Source of the DNA: Mustelus asterias
Lineage: Eukaryota
Length of the DNA stretch: 64,000 nt
Direction of reading: 5' to 3'
Assembly (NCBI RefSeq): GCF_964213995.1
Contig: NC_135802.1
Span: 150,474,001 to 150,538,000 of the forward strand
The position numbers were made by a program, and so were the translations under genes. The notes beneath the pieces are model-generated. The model saw only the letters and a list, made by a program, of their open reading frames with translations. It searched no databases and was not told the DNA's origin. Shown here piece after piece: positions 22,336 to 34,078 of the stretch. Every line of letters starts with the position of its first letter. The stretch's first letter is position 1.

Positions 22336-22804
22336 TGATAATGCCATTGAAAGCTGGCGGCTTTTCCAAGCTGTGAGGGGAACCAGATAGGACTGGTCTT
22401 GCCCTGATGTGGTACAGCGCTGTCGGCTTACCAACCTTGGCCAATATTTTTCCCATCTTCCCATTTTCCTCTCTTATCTTGAAGGTGCTAACTCCTGCTG
22501 AGGGATTCAGCAGCTATTTGCAACTTTGTCCAATTGATCATTGGCAACTTATTCCAATATAGAAGGTATCGATGCACAGAACAGTAGTTAATATGTTTCT
22601 ACTGAAGCATTATTAATTTTAAAATAATTAAAGTGCCTTAATTTGAATCTTATGTATCCGGCATGTCAATGTGATAGAATAGAAAACATTTCAAATGTTT
22701 TTGATCTCAATTACTTCCCAAATGGGCTTATCCTGTATTATATTTAAAGCATAAATCTCACTCTTCAATTCCTTAATAATGTGCCTCAATCATTCTCAGG
22801 AATT

Positions 22805-22960
22805 ATAGAATCCTACAGTGCAGAAGGAAGGAGGCCAATCGGCCCATTGAGTCCGCACCGATCACAATCCCACCCAGGCCCTATCCTCATAATCCTATGC
22901 ATTTACACTAGCTAGCCCCCTTTACACTAAGGGACAAGCCACCTAACCCTCACATTTTAG
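22805..22960 (-). mobile_element. HE1 3' fragment
   Basis: tagaatcctacagtgcagaagg tail. Confidence 0.8.
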
Positions 22961-23254
22961 GAGCATGTCCCAGCTACACAATTCCATTCCATACACCAGC
23001 CATCTTTTATGGTCTGACTGACTGAGATTACCAGTTTAAAGTTAAATTAATTTCCTCCTTGAAATAGGAGCCGCATTTGAAGCGGGCATAAGTTAAAGAT
23101 AGGACTACAACGTGTGCTTCTCTTAAGACATTATCACTTGATTTACCCCATTGTACCAAATTAAGGTTTAGGTTTGTGCTGGGAACTGCACTCTAAGCTA
23201 GGATAAGCCTGTTCAAACAAGTTTTACGTACGGCCATTTTAGATGAGAACAGCG

Positions 23255-23595
23255 GGAGGCACGCTGGGTGGCACAATGGTTAGCAGTGCTGCCAGGGATT
23301 CGGGTTCAATTCCAGTGTTGGGTAACCATCTGAGTGGAGTTTGCACATTCTCCCCCTGCCTGTGTGGGTGCTCCAGTTTCCCCCCTCACTGCAAAGATAT
23401 ATGGATTAGGTGGATGGGCCATGCTAAATTGCCCCTTAGTGTCCCAAGATGTGTAGGTTGGATGGATTCGCCATGGTAAATGCGTGGGGTTACAGGGATA
23501 GGGTGGAGGTGGGCCTGGGCAAGAGGCTCTTGTCAGCGAGTTGGTGCAGACTCAATGGGCCGAATGGCCTCCTTCTGCACTGTAGGGTTTCTACG
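23255..23595 (+). mobile_element. HE1-type V-SINE
   Basis: Head, V-domain and gggccgaatggcctccttctgcactgtaggg tail. Confidence 0.85.
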
Positions 23596-23602
23596 ATCAG
23601 CA

Positions 23603-24597
23603 TCCCTTTGGAGAGTGCGCGGCTCTTCAGAGCGCAAGGGATGGGTTGCAGGAGGGGGGGGGAAAGAGGAGTGCAAACCCCAGTCTGTCACAATAAGACA
23701 GTTTGGCTGGAGCAACTGGCCTTTTCCTTGGTTTCACTTTTTTTGATATTCAGCTATCAAGGTGAGCGTGCGAGTAATGCAAGGGTGGCAGTGTCACATT
23801 GGATCCTAGCGAGTCTCAAAATATGCATTCTGCAGGGTAGAAAGAGCATCAATCTGGGTTGAATATAAATTTAGGGTCCAGTGTGTACCCTTACCCCATG
23901 TGCAATCCAGTTCCAGTCAGGCAGCGTATTGGACGAATTCTATAGAATCACAGAATCCCTACAGTGCAGCAAGAGGCCATTTGGCCCATTGAGTCTGCAC
24001 CGACTACAATCCCACCCAGACCCTATTGTCGTAACCCAACACATTTACCCTGCTAATCCCCCTGACACTAGGGTTAATTTAGCATGGCCAATCAACCTAA
24101 CCCACACAAGTTTGGACTGTGGGAGGAAACCAGAGCACCCGGAGGAAACCCACGCAGACACGGAGAACATGCAGAGTCCACACAGACAAATATATTTTTA
24201 TGATGTACCGTATTAAATATCATTATTATCTTTAGTCAAAGCGTTGTGCTCATTATGGGTTCTTTGGCAGTTTCTAATCTAGATTAGCTGATGATAATGT
24301 TCATAAATTGAACAGGTCTTTGCTCTTTCTACCCGCAGAATGCATATATCGAGAGTCTCGTGATGATCCCTATGCAACTCTGCCACCCTTGCGTCACTCA
24401 CACATTCACTCCGATAGCTGAAATTAAAGAAAAATGAAATCCGGGAAAAGGCCAGTTGTTCCCAGCCAGTCTGTCCTAACATGACAGCCTGAGGTTTGCA
24501 CGCAAAGGCCCCCTCTTCTGCGCCCCCTCTTCTGCACCCCCTCCACCCCCGAAGCCCATCCCCTACCCTCTAAAGAGCTGCACACTCTCCCAAGGGG
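23603..24597. repeat. Diverged inverted duplication (arms about 23603-23870 and 24298-24597)
   Basis: atatgcattctgcagggtagaaagagca pairs with tgctctttctacccgcagaatgcatat; caactggccttttcc pairs with ggaaaaggccagttg. Confidence 0.85.
23942..24188 (-). mobile_element. 5'-truncated HE1-type V-SINE
   Basis: Tail at 23942; truncated at cacagacaaata. Confidence 0.88.
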
Positions 24598-24930
24598 AGA
24601 CATTAAAAACACAGGAAATTGTTAGATCGACTTAGAAAGATACGGACTGAAATTATTTGCTGGAAAATCTGACCAGACATTCAACAGGCTAAAAGAATTA
24701 CTCAAATTTATTAGAAAATCAAATGGAGCTATAACATGCAATAACCCTGATTGATAGAAATCTTGTTCTGAGTTTTCCTGGAGCTTACAACAGTCATTAT
24801 CTAGTATTTGGAGCAACCCCAGAATTTCTCTGCATCGTATCCTTCCAACAGGCACCTCTCTCCCCCCCCCCCCCCCCCCAGAACTGTTTGGTCTGGGCAG
24901 TGCCCACCCCACCACTGCCCCCTCCATGTA

Positions 24931-25008
24931 CCTGTTGGACTCTAATCTGGTGTTGTTAGACTCCTTACTGTATTTACCCCAGTCCAACGCTGGCATCTCC
25001 ACATCATG
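24931..25008 (+). mobile_element. Tail-only Penelope-like family A insertion, 11-bp TSD
   Basis: TSD ccctccatgta at 24920-24930 and 25009-25019; body cctgttggac...ccagtccaacgctggcatctccacatcatg. Confidence 0.82.
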
Positions 25009-25136
25009 CCCTCCATGTATCGACAGTCTGTGGCCATTTTGGCCCCTGCTAAATGTCCAGACTGCTTATATTGTTGCGCTGCCTTCATTTGGTTGTTGTT
25101 GTCTCAACCATTTTTCTTCAAGTTGGGAAATCACTG

Positions 25137-25750
25137 AGGGAGGCAATTGCCTAGTGGTACTATCATTAAGACTATTAATCCAGAAACTCAGCTAATCTTC
25201 TGGGGACCTGGATTCGAATCCCGCCATGGGCAGATGGTGGAATTTGAATTCAGTGAAAAAATCTGGAATTCAAAGTCTAATCCCGGCTTGGGTCATCGTC
25301 TGTGTGGAGTTTGCACATTCTCCCCATGTCTGCATGGGTTTCCTCCGGGTGCTCCGGTTTCCTCCCACAGTCCAAAGATGTGCGGGTTAGGTGGATTGGC
25401 CATGCTAAATTGCCCTTTAGTGTCAAGGGGACTAGCTAGGATAAATGTATGGGGATAGGGCCTGGGTGGGATTGTGGTCGGTGCAGACTCGATGGGCCTA
25501 ATAGTCACCTTGTGCACTAGAGGATTCTATGATTCTAATGATGTCCACAAAACCATTGTCGATTGTCGGAAAAATCCATCTGGTTCACTAATGTCCTTTG
25601 GGGAAGGAAATCTGCAGTCCTTACCTGGTCTGGCCTACATGTGACTCCAGATCCACAGCAATGTGGTTGACTCTCAACTGCCCTTGGGCAACTAGGAATG
25701 AGCAATAAATGCTGGCCAGCCAGCGATGCCCATGTCCCCCAAATGAATAC
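25137..25750 (+). mobile_element. Family-2 tRNA SINE with nested HE1 (about 25281-25537)
   Basis: SINE head at 25137, HE1 flanked by tctaat repeats, SINE core resumes at 25540. Confidence 0.85.
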
Positions 25751-25935
25751 AAAAACCAGTCTGAATCAAATCTGCCTTTGATCATCTTGTTCATTGAACT
25801 TGTTTGACAAAGGGAAAGGAGTTATCTGTAATGAGATTACTAAACAAAGGTTTGATGGGATCCACTTCACAGTCTCAGGGCACCTCCCAGCAATGTTATC
25901 TATTTGCCTTACTTACTGTACGACAACAGCAAAAC

Positions 25936-26190
25936 AGGGGAGGCGGTGGCCTAGTGGTATTATCACTAAATTATTAACCCAGAAATTCAGCTAATGTTCT
26001 GGGGGACCTGGGTTCGAACCCCGCCACGGCAGGTGGTGGAATTTGAATTCAATAAAAAAAATATCTGGAATTAAGAATCTGCTGATGACCATGAAACCAT
26101 TGTCGGAAAAGCCCATCTGGTTCACTAATGTCCTTTAGGGAAGGAAATCTGCCAGTCAGCGATGCCCCTGAGCCATGAATGAATAAAAAA
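25936..26190 (+). mobile_element. Family-2 tRNA SINE with internal deletion
   Basis: ggggaggcggtggcctagtgg head; tail catgaatgaataaaaaaa. Confidence 0.85.
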
Positions 26191-27526
26191 AACCTACCAT
26201 TTATTTTCTGATTCTTACACAATGCAAAAATTTAAAGCATTTCTGCTTAATCTATATCATGGATTATCATACAGACTGGTACAAAAATGGCACAAGCAGG
26301 AACATACAAGTATATGCAGCATCGACTGGAATTTCTAGCCTATAATCTAATGTTTTAAGATGTATATCTAAAAAAAAAAATCAAGTTGCCATAATGAACT
26401 CCAGATTCCAGTCACAGAACTGGTAGCTAGCCTTAGTCATGACTCCAGAACGGTGATGAATTTTAACACTCGGTTGTGTTCAAATAGCCAGGGGTAAAGA
26501 GTTATCAGGTGGGTGAATGAAATGACTTTGAAGGCTTGTCAAGTGTTGCTGAGCTAGAGTTCACTGGTGCGGCTGTGCACTTCTAACGTGGCTTGCTGCA
26601 GGTTACCGGTGTGCCAGGGAATCGAATTCTCCAGCTTTTTTTCATATCCAGCTCATTGGAATGGTGTTTTCTTTCTTCTTTCTCTTTGTATCACGGGGAC
26701 TGTATGTGAAGCAGACTTCGCGTCTGCCCCGACTCAAAGAGGGAATCTGTTTTCACTTAAGTCTGAAATTAATGCAGGCAATTTAATATGTGTACGGGTC
26801 AGCTTATAAAATAGATCAAGTTGAACACTGGCCATCAGACATAATTACCTGATGAAGAGATTAATAAATTCTGCTGCTGGGCATTCGTGCCAGAAACTCC
26901 AGTTTTTGGAAGTGTACAAAAGGATTGGAATTGTTGGGAGTCTGCTGGGGACAGGTATCCTGGTGGCACATTTCCTGTATTCTAGTCGCGATCTGTACCT
27001 ATCAACAGAAGCTTCTGTGTTCAGTTCTCTTGTGGTTTTCAGAGGTCCACTTGTTTGTATGGTAAGATCATTAACCACTTGCCGCGCAGTCTCCTCTCAC
27101 TTAACTAGCTCATGTAGTCATTTTCAATGCCTTCAGAATCTTTTTAAAAGACAGTTCACTCCCCCCCCCTTCCCTTCCCACTCCCTTACTACAGCTGAAC
27201 CTTGAATGCAGATTACAAAAGTTAAGAACTATTAAAGAACAACAGTCTTCCTTTATGAAATCTCTTTCATTGGTAAATGGTGCAAGTGTGTAAGTATGAG
27301 TGCGCACATGTGAACAGAAATGTATGTAATTAGTTAGTGAGGAACACCAGGCAGTTACACAGCCAAAGAGTTCCAGATGATACCAACTACAAGCACTTGA
27401 GTGATGTGTGGGTGCAATCTTAAATGTTTTAACTCCCCTGTTTCATGTTTAATATGTTCTGCCCAATTATACTTGTTGTTTATAGATTGTGTTCATTTGG
27501 AACTGCTTTGCGACCCTGTGAAGCAT

Positions 27527-27832
27527 CTAGAATCCCTACAATGCAGAAGGAGGCAAATTCGGCCCAACGAGCCTGTATCACGAACCATCCCACCCAGGCC
27601 CTATCCCCATAACCCGACGTATTTACCCTGCTAATCCCCCTGACATGGTCAATTTAGCATGGCCAATCAACCTGACCCACACTTCTTTGGACTGTGGGAG
27701 GGAACTGGAGCACCCGGAGGAAACCCACGCAGACACGGGCAGAATGTGCAAACTCCACACAAACAGTGATTCAAGCCAGGAATTGAACCTGGGTCCCTGG
27801 CGCTGTGAGGCAGCAGTGCTAACCACTGTGCC
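27527..27832 (-). mobile_element. HE1-type V-SINE
   Basis: Full-length match. Confidence 0.88.
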
Positions 27833-28836
27833 GGTTTGCTGCTTCAAGTGTTATGATGCAAGGAATGAGATGGGTAGGACTGGGATATATCCATGCTGTC
27901 AAATATCTGTGTTGCAGGGTATCTATTCTTTGGCTTCCCAAGCACCCGGATGATTCAGTAAGAAAAAGTGAAAGGCTTGAGCATGTTCCTTTTGTTTGCA
28001 GGATACAAGTTCCTGCATAATGATTGATGTCACTTCTAGCCAGTGTGAATGAGCCACATTGAGCTAGGGCAACCCATAGTTCTCCATTGCTTTCTCCAAT
28101 TCAGCTAATCAGAGTGAACTTGACACCCAATCAGCATTGGGTTTTTTTACCTGCAGTATAGATTGTTGTGATTGTTTGAAATTTGGAATTCTTGCATCTG
28201 TCCTGATAAGACAAAAAGCAGCATGTCTCTTTTCAGCCATATTCACGTTCTACATGACTACATTATCAGTTGTATTACTTCAGCCATGATTCAACATCTC
28301 CCTGTTCAGCCATTGACTTGATATTTATTACAGGGCTCCTGAACACCAGGTTGTTTCCGAGCCTGACTGTAAAATGTCATGAAAGTTGACATTTTTGGGA
28401 CAATTCCTTGGCTCATTGTGTTGGGCAGCTGTTGGTTAATGAAGTCTTTACAAGGTTTTGCAAAACTGGGCCCATTAGGTTTGATGTGTCCACATTGCAA
28501 GAATAGATTATCTCAAGAACTACCACATAAAAGTTGGCGTTAGTTATCAACATTTGAGGGAGGGGGAGTTACTGATTGTTTATCTATGTATTTATTGAGA
28601 AGAAACAGTGAGGGGTTATGTAGAGGTGTGCCCAGACTCCCTGATGCCACCATCATCAGCTTTCCTTCTCTGGTGTTCTGTCTCTGGTATAAAAGTATGC
28701 AAGGCAAGAATAATAAGGTCTAATATTTTTCCAACTGAAATATTTTAAAGGACTATGCAATGTGTAGCTGAGCCGTGTGGAGCAAGAAGATCTTGGCTTT
28801 AATCCCTCACCTTTGCAGCAGTACCTCATCCACAGA

Positions 28837-29195
28837 GGCAGCACGGTAGCACAGTGGTGGTTAGCACTGCTGCCTCACAATGCCAGGGACCCAGGTTTGA
28901 TTCCTGGCTTGGGTCACTGTCTGTGCAGAGTCTGCACGTTCTCCCCATGTCTGCATGGGTTTCCTCTGGGTGCTCCGGTTTCCTCCCACAGTCTGAAAGA
29001 CCTGCTGGTTAGGTGCATTGGTCATGCTAAATTGCTCAGTGTACACTAATGACACTAAACTAATGTACATAAACTAATGCCACTAAAATGCTCAGTGTAC
29101 CCGAACAGGCACCGGAATGTGGCGACTAGGGGATTTTTACAGTAACTTCATTGCAGTGTTAATGTAAGCCTACTTGTGACACCAATAAATAAACC
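28837..29195 (+). mobile_element. V-SINE, alternative-tail subfamily, with internal duplication
   Basis: Head ggcagcacggtagcacagtgg; tail cagtaacttcattgcagtgttaatgtaagcctacttgtgacaccaataaataaac. Confidence 0.88.
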
Positions 29196-30676
29196 CTAAA
29201 AGAAAAACGTTAAATTATAGGGATGTGAGTTTTGCTCCTTCAAACCAGTTAAGGTTTCTGGCCCGATTGGGATCTCTGCGTATCTGTGGGAATTGAGTGA
29301 ACATCTTGAGGTTAGGATGAGGGACGAGAAAAGAAAAAGATTTTTTTTAGCAGAGAACTTCTTTAACAGAATTCCAATGATGTCTGAGAGAGTCGTCCCT
29401 TGACAGAAATTAACAGATTACCTAGTTACGCACAGAGGGGAATAAACACATCTGCAGTGTGAACTCCATCCATTCCTGTAGTCTTTTAGATTGAAACTAA
29501 AACCCAATGTGTAGCCCTTGCAGTGCACAGTGAAAAGATATGGGCGTGCAAATTCTTTGGCTACAATCTCAACAGTCATGGCAGGAGTCCAGCAGAAGGA
29601 GCAGCCAGTGATATTCCTGCTCCCAGATCTCGACCATCGTTATTCCAGTTGGGAAGAGTAATAAGAGCGACTGACGGGTCCAGTCCCCATAAGAGTCAGA
29701 GTTGGTAAATCTCGTGTGTGGAATAATGGTCGCACTTCACCCGGCTGACTGCGTAAGGCACTGGAGAATCATTGTGTCAGTCTTGCACATAGAATTGGGA
29801 CTTAACACAAAAAAAATTATCAGATGTAATGAAGCAAAAGTTGTTCATTTCTCACCTCTATCAGCCACAGTAGCAAAACCATTTCTGCTGTCCTTGATAA
29901 GAGCCTTCATCGGCTAAACTGTGCCAGTTTATAAAAAATTGTATCCATCACATGTGCAACATTCATCCGGTAATACAGCCACGAGTGCAACAAGGTTAGC
30001 TGACACAAGCGTTTCATTGCACTGTGCGCAGATAGCAAAGTGTTGAAGGTCTGTGCCACGATCACCGTGCGGGGTGGATTTACAACCTTGGGCACCCACT
30101 GGAGACAAAAGTCAAAGGGGTTGGTGACTGGTGGTCAGATAATATCGAATGAGATCCGGCAGCTGGATCACAGCAGGCCCCGGAACATTTTAAAGAAAAA
30201 AACACCAGGAAACTCCAAATTCTAAAAAGACGGAAAAGCTCATTCATGGTAACAGGAAAGTAAGTGACGAGAAATTTTGTGTGATCAAGATGCAGGACTG
30301 TCGGCACTCATGTTACGAAACAAGACTTATGATAAAACGAGCAGGGCAGGTTGTAATCTCATTTGAAGGGATAGATCTATTTTGCATGTTTAAGTAAGAT
30401 GCATTAAAATAGGTTGCCTTTCTCAGCTATTTGAGTTGGTCTCATTCCCAAAAGGTGAGCCTCGAAAGGTCCAAGTGTTTTTGTTTTAGGAGGTTAATAT
30501 TTGCAGTTGATTATAAAATACCTTTTAAAGAGCTTTCCTGCACTTGCAGAGAAAAACTGAGGACTTTTGCTCCTCCGTAACAGTAAAACAGATGCGGAAA
30601 CAGTACAAAACTAGCACTGTGAAGTAATGTGACTTGGACAGTATCTAAGAATCCCTCCTCCTTCTGTTCCCGTTAG

Positions 30677-30952
30677 TCTCTGCCAGGGAGCAAGAGCCTG
30701 AGCCCGAGCCAGAGCCTGAATCAGAAGCTGAACGAGAAACAGAGGTGGTCACTGAGGCAGGACCTGCGGAGCTGGAGGCTGAGCAGGGGCCGGACCGGGA
30801 GCCCGAAGAAAATGTCATCCTGAGTGAGAAGGAGAGGCAGAATGAAGAAGTGAACGAGAAAGATAACTGCTCAGCTTCCAGCATCTCGTCGGCCAGCAGC
30901 ACTTTAGAAAGGGAAGAAAGAGAAGACAAAGTAACCAGCGACAATGAAACTG
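30677..30952 (+). CDS. FHOD3: FHOD3 exon (276 nt), acidic EP-repeat region, LSEKERQNEEVNEKDNCSASSISSASSTLEREE
   Basis: Acceptor cccgttag|TC keeps frame with ORF 30745..31011; donor G|gtaact; phase 1-1. Confidence 0.92.
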
Positions 30953-31349
30953 GTAACTACCACATTTTCTCTGTGTCTCTCTCTCATAATACAGCACTGT
31001 GTGTTAAATAGCTCCGGGCAGCAATTAGTAATTGCAGGTTGTCGTGTTGTACCAAAATAGATGCTTTACTGTGCTGAATCATACAGAATATACTTCAACA
31101 TAATTATATGCCAGCTTTCATTGGATTGGATTAGTAGATGTGAGTAACACGCAAGTTTAATATGCAGAATAAACATCATCTGAAGGAAACCTGTCACAAT
31201 ATTAAGGGATTTTCTTTGCACTGATCTCTGTGATCAGATCTTACCCTTGTGCTAGGGGTGTGCTTACTATGACAAATTAACAGGCTAAGTGTCATAAATG
31301 ATTACTCTGAACAACTTTTAATCTTGATTAAAACATGCATGTATCGAAC

Positions 31350-31752
31350 TACTATACAAACATTGGCATAGTATCTGGCGATATAGTGGGTGAAAGGGAA
31401 GCGTACGGCTTTCAACCTGGGTTATGGTAGGACGAATTGAGAAGGCTGTTAAACAGACTGACAGGATCCTTGGCTTGTCAAGGCACAAAGTACAAAAAAG
31501 CAAAGGGGTTCAGCTAAGCCTTTAATAAACATTAGTTAGACCCCAACTGGGGGCATTGCTTCTAATTCTGTGCACCATATTTTATGAAAGCAAACTCTGG
31601 GTTAGGGTGGATTGGCCATGCTAAATTGCCCCTTAGTGTCGGGCAATAAATAGTAAATGCATGGGGTTATGAGGACAGGGCCAGGGTGGGAATGTGGTCG
31701 GTGCAGACTCGATGGGCCGAATGGCCTCCTTCTGCATTGTAGGATTCTATGA
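31350..31752 (+). mobile_element. Degraded CR1 fragment followed by HE1 3' part (31598-31752)
   Basis: ttagttagaccccaactgg...ttctgtgcaccatatttta parallels CR1 LVRPHLEY..FWSPHY; HE1 tail follows. Confidence 0.65.
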
Positions 31753-31804
31753 AGGATGTGAAGGAATTAAGTTTCGTTTAAAGTTTTTTAATGTTTTTTT
31801 TAAA

Positions 31805-32087
31805 AGCTTATTTATCAGTGTCACAAGTAGGCTGACATTAACACTGCAATGAAGTTGTGAAAATCCCCTAGTCGCCACACCTGTTCGGGAGCACTGAGGG
31901 AGAATTTAGCATGGCCAATGCATCTAATCAGCATATCTTTCAGACTGTGGGAGGAAACCGGAGCACCCAAGGGGAAACCCACGCGGACACGGGGAAAACA
32001 TGCAGACTCTGACCCAAGCCAGGAATCGAAGCCGGGTCCCTGGCGCTGTGGGGCAGCAGTGCTAACCTACTCTGCCACCATGTTGCC
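31805..32087 (-). mobile_element. V-SINE, alternative-tail subfamily
   Basis: gtcacaagtaggctgacattaacactgcaatgaag tail plus head. Confidence 0.85.
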
Positions 32088-32397
32088 GTTTGTCATAATT
32101 TATCATAGTAAGCGCATCCTTAGCAAGTGCATTTGGGTAAGATCTGATCACAGAGATCAGTGCAAAGAAAATCTCTTAATATTGTGACAGGTTTCCTTCA
32201 GATAATGTTTATTCTGCATATTAAACTCGCATGTTACACGCATCTACGAATCCAATCCAATGAAAGCTGGCATATAATTACGTTGAAGCATATTCTGTAT
32301 GGTGCAGCATATCTATGTTGGTACAGCGCAGCAACCTTCAATTACTAATTACAAAGGGTGCAGAGAAGATTTGCCATAATGAAACCAGGGATCACCG

Positions 32398-32548
32398 TGG
32401 CAGCAGGATGGCACAGTGGTTAGCACTGCTGCCTCACAGCGCCAGGGACCCGGGTTCAATTCTGGCCTTGGGTGACTGTCTGTGTGGAGTTTGCACGTTC
32501 CTCCCGTGTCTGCGTGGGTTTCCTCCGGGTGCTCCTGTTGCCTCCCAC
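32398..32548 (+). mobile_element. V-SINE 5' half
   Basis: Head and V-domain ending abruptly at cctcccaca. Confidence 0.85.
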
Positions 32549-32912
32549 AAAGAGTAAAGACCATTTCAGTTTATGAAAATTGTCATCAGCTAATCTAGAT
32601 TAGAAACTGCCAAAGAACGCATAACGAGCACAATGCTTTAACTAAAGATAATAGTTAATGATATTTGGTATGAAACATTATAAAAAGTATTTGTCTGTGT
32701 GGAGTTTGCATGTTCCCACCGTGTGTGCGTGGATTTTGTCCGGTTTCCTCCCACAGTCCAAAAATGTGCAGGTTTAGTTGTTTGGCCATGCTGAATTGCC
32801 CTCTAATGGCAGAGACACGAGCATGGTAAATACGTGGGGTTACGGGGATAGGACCTAGGTGGGATTGCTGTTAGTTCAGGCTCGAAGGGTTGAATGTAGG
32901 GATTCTATGGTC
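32549..32912. repeat. Inverted copy of 23945-24328 (unique-looking segment plus the same truncated HE1 junction)
   Basis: tcatcagctaatctagattagaaactgccaaagaac is the reverse complement of gttctttggcagtttctaatctagattagctgatga at about 24259-24294. Confidence 0.9.
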
Positions 32913-33347
32913 TGACACTCCTGTTAGAGAGAGAGATTGGAGATATTGGAACTGATCTCTATGAGATGGGAGGCTTGATAAGAGGTGTTCAAAAGCTTAC
33001 AGAATTTCATCCCCAGTATAGCTTCAGCACATGGATAACTGATTCTCATTAGCTGCAGTCGTGCCAGTTTGTTGCGACTGTCACCACAGTCTCTGACCTC
33101 CTTCATCTCTCTAGTAAATGAGGCTGTCTTTGAAATGGACAGTCGGCGACTGCCAGTTATTGTGGTTCGTGTGTATGCGCCTTATTCTGTCTACATACTT
33201 TTAGACTCCCTGCGAGCCGTGTAAGTCACTGGTGGAGCCAGGAAATCTGCAAGGAGCGTGAGAACATCCTGGTTTACCCCTCCTCACTAAGGGGCTAGGC
33301 CTCATTCCAACACTCTGTAATATCAGTAACATTGCAGCAGGTAAACT

Positions 33348-33720
33348 TTTATTCATTCATGGGACATGGGCGTCGCTGGCTGGGCCAGCATTTATTGCCC
33401 ATTCCTAGTTGCCTTTGAACTGAGTGGCTTGCTTGGCCATTTCAGAGAGAGCAGTTGAGAGTCAGCCACATTGCTGTGGCTCTGGAGTCACATGTAGGCC
33501 AGACCAGGTAAGGATGGCAGATTTCCTTCCCTAAAAGACATTAGTGAACCAGATGGGTTTTTTCGACAATGGTTTCATCAGTAGGTTCTTAATTCCAGAT
33601 ATTTTTTTATTAAATTCAAATTCCACCGTCTGCCATGGTAGGATTCGAACATGGGTCCCCGGAACACTAGCTGAGTTTCTGGATTAATATAAGCTATTTA
33701 TACCACTAGGCTATCGCATG
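33348..33720 (-). mobile_element. Family-2 tRNA SINE
   Basis: Full-length reverse copy. Confidence 0.88.
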
Positions 33721-33747
33721 CCTGGCACATTTGGTGCAATCCAGCAG

Positions 33748-34078
33748 TAGAATCATAGAATAGATATCATAGAATCCCTACAGTGCAGAAGGAGGCCATT
33801 CGGCCCATCGAGTCTGCACTGACTCCAATCCCACCCAGGCCCTATTCCCGTAACTCCAAATATTTAACCTGCTAATCCCCTGACATGAGGGTCAATTTAG
33901 CATGGCCAGTCAACCTGACCTGCACATCTTTGGAGTATGGGAGGAAACCGGAACACCTGGAGGAAACCCATGCAGACATAGGGAGAATGTGCAAACTCCA
34001 CACACACAGCGACCCGAGGCTGGAATTGAACCTGGGTCCCTGACACTGTGAGGCAGCACTTTGCCACCGTGCTGCCCC
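33748..34078 (-). mobile_element. HE1-type V-SINE
   Basis: Full-length match. Confidence 0.88.

Larger units (their letters stand above)
31023..32350. repeat. Inverted duplication, about 255-bp arms (31023-31279 / 32096-32350)
   Basis: 39-bp perfect core 31208-31246 vs 32135-32173; the rest aligns at roughly 85-90% by eye. Confidence 0.95.

Noticed and set aside
28185-28260. gtcctgataagacaaaaagc, a possible further hammerhead or Penelope remnant
   Set aside because: Core incomplete, no stem II, and no second copy in the window.
29524-29704. Possible extra FHOD3 exon (cag|TG...TG|gtaaat), open in the upstream frame
   Set aside because: Ends in phase 2 while the next exon needs phase 1; weak pyrimidine tract; no resemblance to FHOD3.
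30687-30952. Alternative acceptor tgccag at 30686
   Set aside because: Out of frame with the upstream exon; 30677 preserves frame and homology.
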